A DNA stretch of 64,000 nt from Phycisphaerales bacterium (GTDB taxonomy: Bacteria > Planctomycetota > Phycisphaerae > WQYP01), in NCBI GenBank assembly GCA_027451365.1, contig DAIDJN010000029.1:26210-90209 (forward strand), given 5' to 3'. Below, piece by piece: positions 21,535-29,352 of this stretch. Under the pieces are notes generated by a model. It made no database searches. It saw only the letters and a list, made by a program, of their open reading frames with translations, and was not told where the DNA came from. Within the stretch, counting starts at the first letter, position 1, and every line of letters starts with the position of its first letter. Both the position numbers and the translations under genes were made by a program.

Positions 21535-22587
21535 TTAACGGAGCGCTCTGACCGTCGGCCACCGCTGAATTTTTGGCCAGCCATCCGAAGTAAAACACAA
21601 CCGCAGCAAAGCCAGCCGCGGGTGCCCGCGGCGCAGCGCATCATAAAAGTGGCATGTAAAAAAAAGCGTGCCACCCTGCCGAAAAATGCCCGTCTGGCCC
21701 GGCCCGATAAACGGTCCGACGCTGTCCAGCAGCAGAGTGCCCCCGTCATGCAGCATGTTGTGGCCGGATTTGTCCAGATAGGGACCTTGAATATGCCGGC
21801 TGCGACCGACGCGAATATTGTATGTGCTGTGAATTCCACGGCAGCAATAGCCCCAGTTCACAAACAAATAATAGAATCCGTTGTGTCGGAAAATGTATGA
21901 GGCCTCGATAGTGCGGTGCCATGCCAGGGAGTAGATGTGCGGGTGCGGCTGCGGCGGCTTTCCGGTGCGCCGATTCAGCTCAATCATTTTTATACCCGAA
22001 CTAAATGATCCAAATGCCATCCACAAATGTCCGGAATAATCCAGACTTACAGCCGGGTCAATCGCATTGAAATTTGTCCGGCGACTGCTTTGGAATACCA
22101 GTCCGCGATCCACCCATTTGTACCCGGGACTCCGCGGATTCAGGGTTTGGTTGACCGCCAGTCCAATGGCGGAAACGCGCGAGCTCCAAGTGGAAACCGC
22201 GTAATACAAGAGATATAGCCCATGCAGTCGAATAATATCCGGTGCCCAGAAAAAGCCGTGAAAGCCGGGAACCGCCTGGTGGGTCCAGGCCGGCGGGCGA
22301 CCGAAAACCGTCGGCCCGCGGTGCCAGTGAATCAGATCACTGGAAAATGCCGATTGAATTCCCAAACCTGTGGAAAAAATCCAGAAGGTTTTTCCGCATC
22401 GGATAATCGCCGACGGGTCATGAACCCGGATGTGACGGTACCCCATCTGATGTAATATTGCACTCTGCACGGCGGCCCGGTCTGGCGGTGCCGCTTGTGC
22501 CGGCGTCGTGGCCGCAAAATGCGCCAGACTAATCCCGATGGTAACAGATAGGATGAGTCTGAATAGAGTGCGACGTGGCGCAGGCAT
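21535..22587 (-). CDS. GH43 endo-1,5-alpha-L-arabinanase-like protein
   Basis: VHDPS, WAPDI, NAIDP, AFGSF, IEAS and GYCCRG..STYNIRVGRS motifs, plus a signal peptide. Start is 22587 or 22629. Confidence 0.9.
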   Translation of the reverse strand: MPAPRRTLFRLILSVTIGISLAHFAATTPAQAAPPDRAAVQSAILHQMGYRHIRVHDPSAIIRCGKTFWIFSTGLGIQSAFSSDLIHWHRGPTVFGRPPAWTHQAVPGFHGFFWAPDIIRLHGLYLLYYAVSTWSSRVSAIGLAVNQTLNPRSPGYKWVDRGLVFQSSRRTNFNAIDPAVSLDYSGHLWMAFGSFSSGIKMIELNRRTGKPPQPHPHIYSLAWHRTIEASYIFRHNGFYYLFVNWGYCCRGIHSTYNIRVGRSRHIQGPYLDKSGHNMLHDGGTLLLDSVGPFIGPGQTGIFRQGGTLFFTCHFYDALRRGHPRLALLRLCFTSDGWPKIQRWPTVRALR

Positions 22588-22612
22588 GAAAGAAGCCTCC
22601 TGAAAGACTGAA

Positions 22613-23074
22613 TCAATTGTTGTCGGCATTGCCGGTTCGGCTGTGCGACTCCAGCGCGGTGTGCGTCGAATCGCGGTGCAGCGCAAAGTAAAAGTCTCCG
22701 GTCAGAACCGGCCGCCCGTCCGTGGTGGCTTCGATTGTACATAAAAACAATGTTCCGAGGGACCGAACGACGCGCACGCGAATTGCGATTGTCTGGCCAC
22801 TGCGCGGCGTAGAAAAAAAATGCACGTTACGCAGTGCCGCCAGAACACCCAGCTGTGGCGGGGCGCCAGTTTGGCCGCGTGCCGCCGCGCAGGCCGCGGC
22901 CTGCGCGGCTATTTCCAGAAGCGCCGTTCGCGGCAGCAGTCCATCCATCATGAACGGCTGATCGTCTGAAAGTTTGCGAATGGCCACGACCGTTCCATCC
23001 GTTTCCCGCGTGGCATTGTCCAGCCAGTGCATCGGCGGGCGATGTGGAATATTGTCCGTCAGATTCTGTCCCAT
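22613..23074 (-). CDS. Hotdog-fold 3-hydroxyacyl-ACP dehydratase-like protein
   Basis: IPHRPPMHWLD and LLEIAAQAAA motifs. TGATG coupling to the upstream acyltransferase. Confidence 0.8.
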   Translation of the reverse strand: MGQNLTDNIPHRPPMHWLDNATRETDGTVVAIRKLSDDQPFMMDGLLPRTALLEIAAQAAACAAARGQTGAPPQLGVLAALRNVHFFSTPRSGQTIAIRVRVVRSLGTLFLCTIEATTDGRPVLTGDFYFALHRDSTHTALESHSRTGNADNN

Positions 23075-23886
23075 CAACACGCCGCCTCTTTGAATTCCGA
23101 TATCGCACTTGGCTGTGTCCGCGGGCCTGATTGCGTATTCTCTTCGTCACTTGATTCCAATGCGAGAGCGATCATATTGACGGCCCGCCGCTTCAGGTCC
23201 AGATGAGGCTTATCAAGCGAAGCGTCGGGATACAAAACCCCCAGCGGTCGAATGACCAAGGGGGAATCAACCAGGCGAAAAGTGCCGGGCGGCATTGTGG
23301 TGCCGCTGCCTCGAATCAGAACCGGAACCACCGGCACACCGGTTCTGGCTGACAGCAGAAATGCGCCATCATGAAATCGGGTCAGTTTCCCATCACGTGA
23401 CCGTGTGCCTTCGGGAAACACCAGCAGGCTCACCCCGTCGCGCAGGCTTTCCGCCGCTTTGTAAAGCACGCGAGGATCCTCCACACACAGATGCCCGCAA
23501 AGCCGCATCATTAAACCCAAAAATGGCACGCGGAAGGGCCATCGCTTAGCCCAGCAGCGGGCATCCGTCGGAAGCAGCATAAGCAGCAGAATATCGATCA
23601 GGGATTGATGATTGGCTACCAGAATACAGGGGCCTTGGATCGCGGACCAGTCGAAATCCCCGATCCGCAGATTGCTTCCGCAGAATCGGCGCACACTGAC
23701 CCGGCACATGGCCCGCAGAATCCTCCGCGGCCAGCGACCGGTTTTGTCCACCGTCAGAATTCCCAGCCATATAAATGGCGTCAGCAGCAATGCGAAAATC
23801 GCCGTGTTGGCGATCCACAGGCTTAAGCCATAGGCGCTTCGCCAGAATATCCGCAAGTTCATTTTGGAATCCGGTTGCGCTGGCAT
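23074..23886 (-). CDS. Lysophospholipid acyltransferase (PlsC family)
   Basis: ANHQSLID (HX4D) and VFPEGTRS motifs, with an N-terminal TM segment. Confidence 0.9.
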   Translation of the reverse strand: MPAQPDSKMNLRIFWRSAYGLSLWIANTAIFALLLTPFIWLGILTVDKTGRWPRRILRAMCRVSVRRFCGSNLRIGDFDWSAIQGPCILVANHQSLIDILLLMLLPTDARCWAKRWPFRVPFLGLMMRLCGHLCVEDPRVLYKAAESLRDGVSLLVFPEGTRSRDGKLTRFHDGAFLLSARTGVPVVPVLIRGSGTTMPPGTFRLVDSPLVIRPLGVLYPDASLDKPHLDLKRRAVNMIALALESSDEENTQSGPRTQPSAISEFKEAAC

Positions 23887-24095
23887 CAGGTGATTCTCAT
23901 GCAGTTATCCCAACCAGCGGCCAGCCAAAGCCGCCCGGTCTGAATTGAATAAGACCGGCAAGTCAGACGATTGGCCAGCCATTCGGTCTTTCCTGTCTGA
24001 ATCGGCACGTTTGCTTCCTTCAATCGCGCCGCTCAATCGGATATGCTGTTATTCTACCGCATGGCGGTGAATTGTGTACTATGCGATGGAACAGT

Positions 24096-25244
24096 ATGAC
24101 GCTGGCCATAATTTCAAGCTTCTCCGCGGCGACGCCCTGCTTCCCGACGCTAACTGCGATTTTCGATGCATGGATGACCCCATCACCTTCCTCGTTGCCA
24201 TCTAAATTCGGACCTTCCAGCGAATATGACAATCATGTCGACGATCCGCAAATGTTCCGCCATTTGACATTCGCGGCCATTGAGCCAGTGATATCTGAAG
24301 TTGCCGATCGCGGAACTTGCGGCTTTATTTTGGCCAGCGCAAAAGGAAATATCGGTGTTCTGCAACACTGGCTCGATCTTAGTGGCGGTTTCGCCCGAGA
24401 TGCCGCGTCACCTGGTAACCCGCCCGGCTTGATGGATTGTGCGCAGAACCTTGCCGCTGAATTTGGCCTGGGCGGTTCATGTGCCGTCGTTTCAACGGCC
24501 TGTACATCCGGCCTCTCCGGCCTGATTGAAGCGGCCATGATGGTCGATGCAGGCCAACAGACTGAAATTGTCGTATTGGCGGTGGATATTGCCAGCCTGT
24601 TTGTATGCGACGGATTCACCGCGCTTAAAGCCCTTGCGGCTCAGGCGTGTCGCCCTTTTGATCGCCACCGCGATGGCCTTGCACTCGGGTCGGCCGCGGC
24701 CGCATGTCTGGTTCAACGGTCAGATATATTTGCCGGGAAAAAGGCCGATACTTTTGCGTGCACGCTTTGCGGCCGGGGGGCGGCTATGGACGCTGTGCAT
24801 CTGACCGCGCCCGATCGCCAGGCCGGTGGCCTGATCCGTGCGGTGGAAATGGCGCTACGCACGGGCGGTCTTTCCACAAGCCAGATTGATGCGGTTCTCC
24901 TGCACGGCACCGGCACTCCTTACAACGATGCCATGGAGGCGACTGCTGTTCAAAAGATATTTTCACACAGTCCGCCCTTGACCGCCGTTAAGGGGCATAT
25001 CGGCCACACGCTAGGTGCCAGCGGATTAATCGAAACTGCCCTTGCCAGTGAAATTCTCCACCGCGGCGTGTTGCCGCCGACCACTGGCCTATCCGATTCC
25101 CAGTGGCCGGAACTTGATTTTGTCCAAACCGCACGTTCGGTTCCATCGATCCGGCGAATCCTTAAAACATCAAGCGGATTCGGTGGAATAAATGCCGCCG
25201 TTATTCTGGAAAAGCTGAAATCAAACGATATAACAGGCGCGTGA
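24096..25244 (+). CDS. Beta-ketoacyl-ACP synthase (FabF/FabB-like)
   Basis: Catalytic C-H-H in STACTSG, HGTGTPYND and KGHIGHTLGASG, with C-terminal SGFGGINA. Start uncertain (24072-24096). Confidence 0.88.
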   Translation: MTLAIISSFSAATPCFPTLTAIFDAWMTPSPSSLPSKFGPSSEYDNHVDDPQMFRHLTFAAIEPVISEVADRGTCGFILASAKGNIGVLQHWLDLSGGFARDAASPGNPPGLMDCAQNLAAEFGLGGSCAVVSTACTSGLSGLIEAAMMVDAGQQTEIVVLAVDIASLFVCDGFTALKALAAQACRPFDRHRDGLALGSAAAACLVQRSDIFAGKKADTFACTLCGRGAAMDAVHLTAPDRQAGGLIRAVEMALRTGGLSTSQIDAVLLHGTGTPYNDAMEATAVQKIFSHSPPLTAVKGHIGHTLGASGLIETALASEILHRGVLPPTTGLSDSQWPELDFVQTARSVPSIRRILKTSSGFGGINAAVILEKLKSNDITGA

Positions 25245-25247
25245 CTC

Positions 25248-25715
25248 ATGTGCGAAAATCAGATAATTCTTTGTCAGTACCCCGCGGACCTTGTCTTCCG
25301 GCGGTCTGACATATCGTGGCCCGGTTCGCCATCTCTCGGCGGTATCGCAGATATTATTGCGAAGTTGAATTCCGAGCTGCAGTTGTTCAGCAAAAACGCC
25401 CTGCTTGCGACTGGACTTTTTATGAGTGTGATTCATGATTCAATAGAGGCGGATATAGCCTTTAACACAAGCCGGCGGTTGGACGGCGGCAAATATGTCA
25501 GCCCGGCCGCCTTTCGCGAAACCCTTCCAAGTTCGCCCGCGGCGCAATTGTCCATTGCGTTGGGGCTTGGAGGCCCCATGGTGGTGTTTTGTGGTGATGC
25601 GGATGGCGCACAGGCCTTAGCCAGTGCCCGCCGCTGGTTGGAAAGCGGCGCGATTCATATGGCCGTGGTCGTGCATCCGCGCAGTAGCCAGACGACAATA
25701 ATGCCGTCATTATGA
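25248..25715 (+). CDS. Short ketosynthase N-terminal / chain-length-factor-like protein
   Basis: VSPAAFRETLPSSPAAQLSIALGLGGP matches the KS N-terminal SP..F...N..A..I motif. There is no C-terminal KS domain. Confidence 0.65.
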   Translation: MCENQIILCQYPADLVFRRSDISWPGSPSLGGIADIIAKLNSELQLFSKNALLATGLFMSVIHDSIEADIAFNTSRRLDGGKYVSPAAFRETLPSSPAAQLSIALGLGGPMVVFCGDADGAQALASARRWLESGAIHMAVVVHPRSSQTTIMPSL

Positions 25716-25999
25716 GTCGTGCTCGCCAGATTTGCGTCTGATAAACCATTTCACGTCTGATAAGCAAAAACCACGCAGAATTGTCTTGCTCACGCTGCAG
25801 GAGCGGACTAAACTCCATCTGTCGCCTGCCTGAGCTGAACCGCAAACAGGCTGACAGCTTTTTGAAACCCGGCGGGAGAGAAGGCCAAAATTCCAACGCT
25901 TCTCCTTCGCGACGTTTCATATTTCCAATTGCCGGTTGTCCGACTGCCTTTTTTCGGTTTGCCCGAACAGTCCGACAACGGAGGACAGAGGAGTAGAAG

Positions 26000-26809
26000 A
26001 TGTATAAGAACGGAATTACCCACGGCTACGCGGCAATCGCCGGATTGGCCGCACTGGTCGGCCCATTGGCTCTTTGCGGAATAGCGCAAGCCGATTTTTC
26101 CCTGGTACTCATCGATACCGGTGCATCACAAACCGTTACCCTTAGCCAACATGCCGGCACGCTTACACCCAACAGTTCCGGCGGCGTGGTTGTCCCATTT
26201 TCGGTTGGCAGTTTTTCTGGTTATTTCACCGGCGATTTTAATTCTTCGCAGAGTGCCTTGGAAAGCGGCGGTTTAAATATCAGCAACGCGGCGGCCACCG
26301 GCACTTCGGACACCTTAAAAATCTTCTGGAGTGACAATAATCTTTCGGCATCCGGCCAGACCGGTGCGTCGGTCAGCATTTCCCAGAGCGGCGGCGGAAC
26401 CGTTGTGCAAAGTGCCGGTTCTATGAGCCTGGAAACCTATATTGACCCGTCCAACTCGGTCGGGTTGCCCGGTTCCGCTTCCTATGCCGGGCCGGCTTCC
26501 GCCTCCTTTAGCAACGCATCAAATTCCCCTGAGTCCTTTACTCTGTCGGGAAACCCAACTGCTTCACTGCCGCTGCAATCGGGATCGCCATTTGCAATCG
26601 GCCAGCTTTTTACGATTCAGCTTAGCGGTGGCGGTGCATTCGCCACCACAAATGGCCAGTTCGGTATGAACATTGCATCCACCGTTGGCAGCACCATCGT
26701 CACCACACCCGAACCTGCATCGCTTGTGTTTATCGCGATCGGGGGGCTTACTTTGCTGGTCCGGCGTCGCAAGGTTGCCGATAACGGAAGTTCGTCTGAA
26801 ATTAAATAA
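26000..26809 (+). CDS. PEP-CTERM sorting domain protein (Ser/Gly-rich)
   Basis: Signal peptide and C-terminal TPEPASLVFIAIGGLTLLVRRRK. SD GAGGAG. Confidence 0.88.
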   Translation: MYKNGITHGYAAIAGLAALVGPLALCGIAQADFSLVLIDTGASQTVTLSQHAGTLTPNSSGGVVVPFSVGSFSGYFTGDFNSSQSALESGGLNISNAAATGTSDTLKIFWSDNNLSASGQTGASVSISQSGGGTVVQSAGSMSLETYIDPSNSVGLPGSASYAGPASASFSNASNSPESFTLSGNPTASLPLQSGSPFAIGQLFTIQLSGGGAFATTNGQFGMNIASTVGSTIVTTPEPASLVFIAIGGLTLLVRRRKVADNGSSSEIK

Positions 26810-26859
26810 TGCGCGAACATGAATGAACATGTCAGCGATTTTCAAGAGAGAAGGCAAAA

Positions 26860-27609
26860 ATGAAAGCGAATATGAAATCAGTTATCTGTACAAAATCGGC
26901 TGTGCTCGCCGGATTGTTTCTCGCCGCCGCAGTTGGCGCGCATCAGGCGCGAGCTAGTGTGGCCCTGGAATTCAACGGCAGTTCGACGCCGATTACTTAT
27001 CTGCCGCACTTGGTTACATACAGTCAGGCGACGCCGACCCTGCTAGTGCCGGATTTCACCATCAGCAGCATTTCGGGAAGTTCCAACGCCGGTAAAGGTG
27101 CCTTGGTTTCACAGTTGACGGAAAGCACCTACAGCATCGTGAACACGGGCAGCCAGACAGGGACGCTTACCATTGCACTTAGCGATCTCGGCTTTTCCGG
27201 ATTTGGCGAGCTTGGTTTTGCGGAATCCGGAAGCGTTACCTTTTTAACAGGCCACTCCGGCGATTCAGTTGGATTGACTTCTTATTTAAATACCAACAAC
27301 CAGCAATTTGGAACGGCGAACGCGCTGTCCGCTTCCACGGTTTATTTTCCCGCTGGCGGAGCGGCCAACATCACCTATCAAATAGGTCCGGCATCAGAAT
27401 TGGTTGATCTGGGAAACAGTTCCGCCTTCGCCTTAAACTCTGTCGTGGCGTTGAATCTTGCGGCCGGGTCCAGTGTGAACCTGTCATTTCAGACCACGGC
27501 AGAGCCGGCTGCAATGCCGGCACCCTCCACGGTCGGCTTGTGTGGCATTGGCCTCATTGGACTGGGCATTTCGGTCCTTAGAAAACGCTCGCGAACGATC
27601 GCGGCATAA
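26860..27609 (+). CDS. PEP-CTERM-like protein (MPAP variant)
   Basis: Signal peptide and C-terminal MPAPST + TM helix + RKRSR. Composition resembles the upstream gene. Confidence 0.8.
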   Translation: MKANMKSVICTKSAVLAGLFLAAAVGAHQARASVALEFNGSSTPITYLPHLVTYSQATPTLLVPDFTISSISGSSNAGKGALVSQLTESTYSIVNTGSQTGTLTIALSDLGFSGFGELGFAESGSVTFLTGHSGDSVGLTSYLNTNNQQFGTANALSASTVYFPAGGAANITYQIGPASELVDLGNSSAFALNSVVALNLAAGSSVNLSFQTTAEPAAMPAPSTVGLCGIGLIGLGISVLRKRSRTIAA

Positions 27610-27754
27610 AATCAAAATATGGTGCTGCTACCCGTCCAGTGCGTTGTGACACTCAGCTTTCAGGGACGGCAGCCCTCAAACCACGCAGGCTCTTCCGCAT
27701 AACGTCGTTGCGTACCCTAAAATTTGAATGCGACAGAGTGCCAGAAGCCCGGCG

Positions 27755-27796
27755 AAAAAAAAAGAAAAGCCCATCGACGTATGCGACAGGCTTTTC
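27755..27796 (-). terminator. Intrinsic terminator downstream of the Lys-rich microprotein
   Basis: The minus strand reads GAAAAGCC...GGCTTTTC followed by T9. Confidence 0.75.
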
Positions 27797-27953
27797 CATT
27801 CTTGTTTCCGCCGATGACCGGCTGCGGCATGAAATTGCAACAAACACAATTCCGTACGGTTGCCGTAAAGCTTGGTATTCGGCGCCACGACGCGGCATGT
27901 CCAGGCAAATTCAAACCTGGACCGGCGCGCCGGATCCCAAAAAATCATTGCGT

Positions 27954-28049
27954 TCAACGCTTCTTTGCTGATTTCTTGGTGCTTTTCTTCGCGGATTTCT
28001 TCGTGCTCTTGGCACTCTTGGATCCGGAAGCTTTCTTCTTCGTGGCCAT
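27954..28049 (-). CDS. 31-aa lysine/serine-rich histone-like microprotein (MATKKKASGSKSAKSTKKSAKKSTKKSAKKR)
   Basis: Translated by hand; it is absent from the ORF track. Perfect SD AAGGAGGTGAT just before the ATG, KKS(A/T) repeats, and a downstream terminator. Confidence 0.8.
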   Translation of the reverse strand: MATKKKASGSKSAKSTKKSAKKSTKKSAKKR

Positions 28050-28088
28050 GTTATCACCTCCTTTCATGGAAGTAAGACCGTAATTCTT

Positions 28089-28115
28089 TTATCGGCAACA
28101 GGTTGGCAGCCTCAA
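28089..28115 (-). promoter_or_regulatory. Putative sigma28 (FliA-type) promoter TTGAG-N14-GCCGATAA
   Basis: Exact sigma28 -10 consensus GCCGATAA 40 nt upstream of the microprotein ATG. The -35 match is only partial. Confidence 0.5.
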
Positions 28116-28168
28116 CATAAAAATTTGAATTTTTTCAAAAGTTTTTTCGACAAACGTCCGACACCCGC

Positions 28169-29101
28169 CTACTCGCGTGATCTCGCTGTCATCAGTGCGC
28201 GATTCAAAAGTATTTTTCTTAGCGGTTCAGAGGTGGCACACACTATCCATGGAACGCCATGCAATCGCGCCGCACCTTGCGACTGCGCAATCCATTTGGC
28301 GATATTTTTACGGTATTGCGCTGCCGCTTCAGGGCCTGCGGCGACAGGACGCCTCCGGCCGGTCTCTGAATCGATTAATTCCGACGCTGGCGCGTCGATG
28401 GGATACAGTTCCTGCGGAGATAGCACTTGCAGCACCGCCATCCGTCGATGCATTGTCGCCGACAACGGCACTATGTTCGCCATGTCGGCGGGGGGGAGAA
28501 AATCGCTTATGAACAAAAGCAGTCCGTGAGATGGAATCGTTGCCATGATCCGCCGAATTGATGATTCTGATGATTGTCTGGCGTTCGCACTTGTGTGGCG
28601 CAACCATTGAATAAGGCCAGCCGCCGCCTGCGGGCGGTCAAATTTGCGCATTGCGATATCGTCGGATGCACTACCGGCGTTTTGCGCTACCGCCAGTCGA
28701 CCTCCGTGCCGCAAAGCCGCCAGGCTGAATACCAGCGCCAGGTCGCGCGCCATTCTGAATTTGTTCGGTTGACCGAAGTTCATGCTCGCCGAGGTATCAA
28801 GAAAAATCGTCAATGGCAGCGATTTGCGATCATGAAACAGCCGTACCACAAGCTGGTCCAGCCGGGCAAGCGCATATTGATCTATAAATCGAAAGTCATC
28901 GCCTTGCGAATAAGCGCGAAAATCCGCTATCTCCAAGCCTGAGCTTTGCAGACCAGCCAGCCGCCCTCCTGCCGGCCAACGCATCGCCATTCCCCCGCCC
29001 GCCAGTTGGAACTGCTTTGCCAGTGCAAATACTTCCTTACCGGGCCACTTTGGTTCCGCGGTTTCCCCGGCTGCGTTCACTTCGCCTTTCATCGGGTTCA
29101 T
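28169..29101 (-). CDS. DUF58 / vWA-like protein
   Basis: GLEIADFRAYSQGDDFRFID, LDTSASM (MIDAS-like) and ISDFL motifs. Confidence 0.85.
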   Translation of the reverse strand: MNPMKGEVNAAGETAEPKWPGKEVFALAKQFQLAGGGMAMRWPAGGRLAGLQSSGLEIADFRAYSQGDDFRFIDQYALARLDQLVVRLFHDRKSLPLTIFLDTSASMNFGQPNKFRMARDLALVFSLAALRHGGRLAVAQNAGSASDDIAMRKFDRPQAAAGLIQWLRHTSANARQSSESSIRRIMATIPSHGLLLFISDFLPPADMANIVPLSATMHRRMAVLQVLSPQELYPIDAPASELIDSETGRRRPVAAGPEAAAQYRKNIAKWIAQSQGAARLHGVPWIVCATSEPLRKILLNRALMTARSRE

Positions 29102-29352
29102 TCAGGTATCCTTTAACATTAGTATATCGACTACTCCCGTAAAAAGTATGTGCCGGATGTGAACTTTCTTGCAGCCAATACGGCTTTGACTCCGGCGCTC
29201 GCCCATCTGGCCCCACAATTGGGACATAGAAGGCTCGGGAGTCGTCTGGCCGAAAAACCCGCGCAACGGTTTGAGTTGCCGCGATTGCCAGGTCGCAAAG
29301 GTATGCTTTTCAATTTTAGGAGGTGCATGTTCCAGGCCATGCGGTCATCCGT

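Noticed and set aside
25715..26000. c-di-GMP riboswitch or sigma54 promoter upstream of the PEP-CTERM pair
   Set aside because: No GEMM consensus and no correctly spaced TGGCAC-N5-TTGC were found.
27724..28083. + strand ORF with FFADFLVLFFADFFVLL repeats
   Set aside because: It is the antisense shadow of the Lys-rich microprotein, which has the SD, promoter and terminator.
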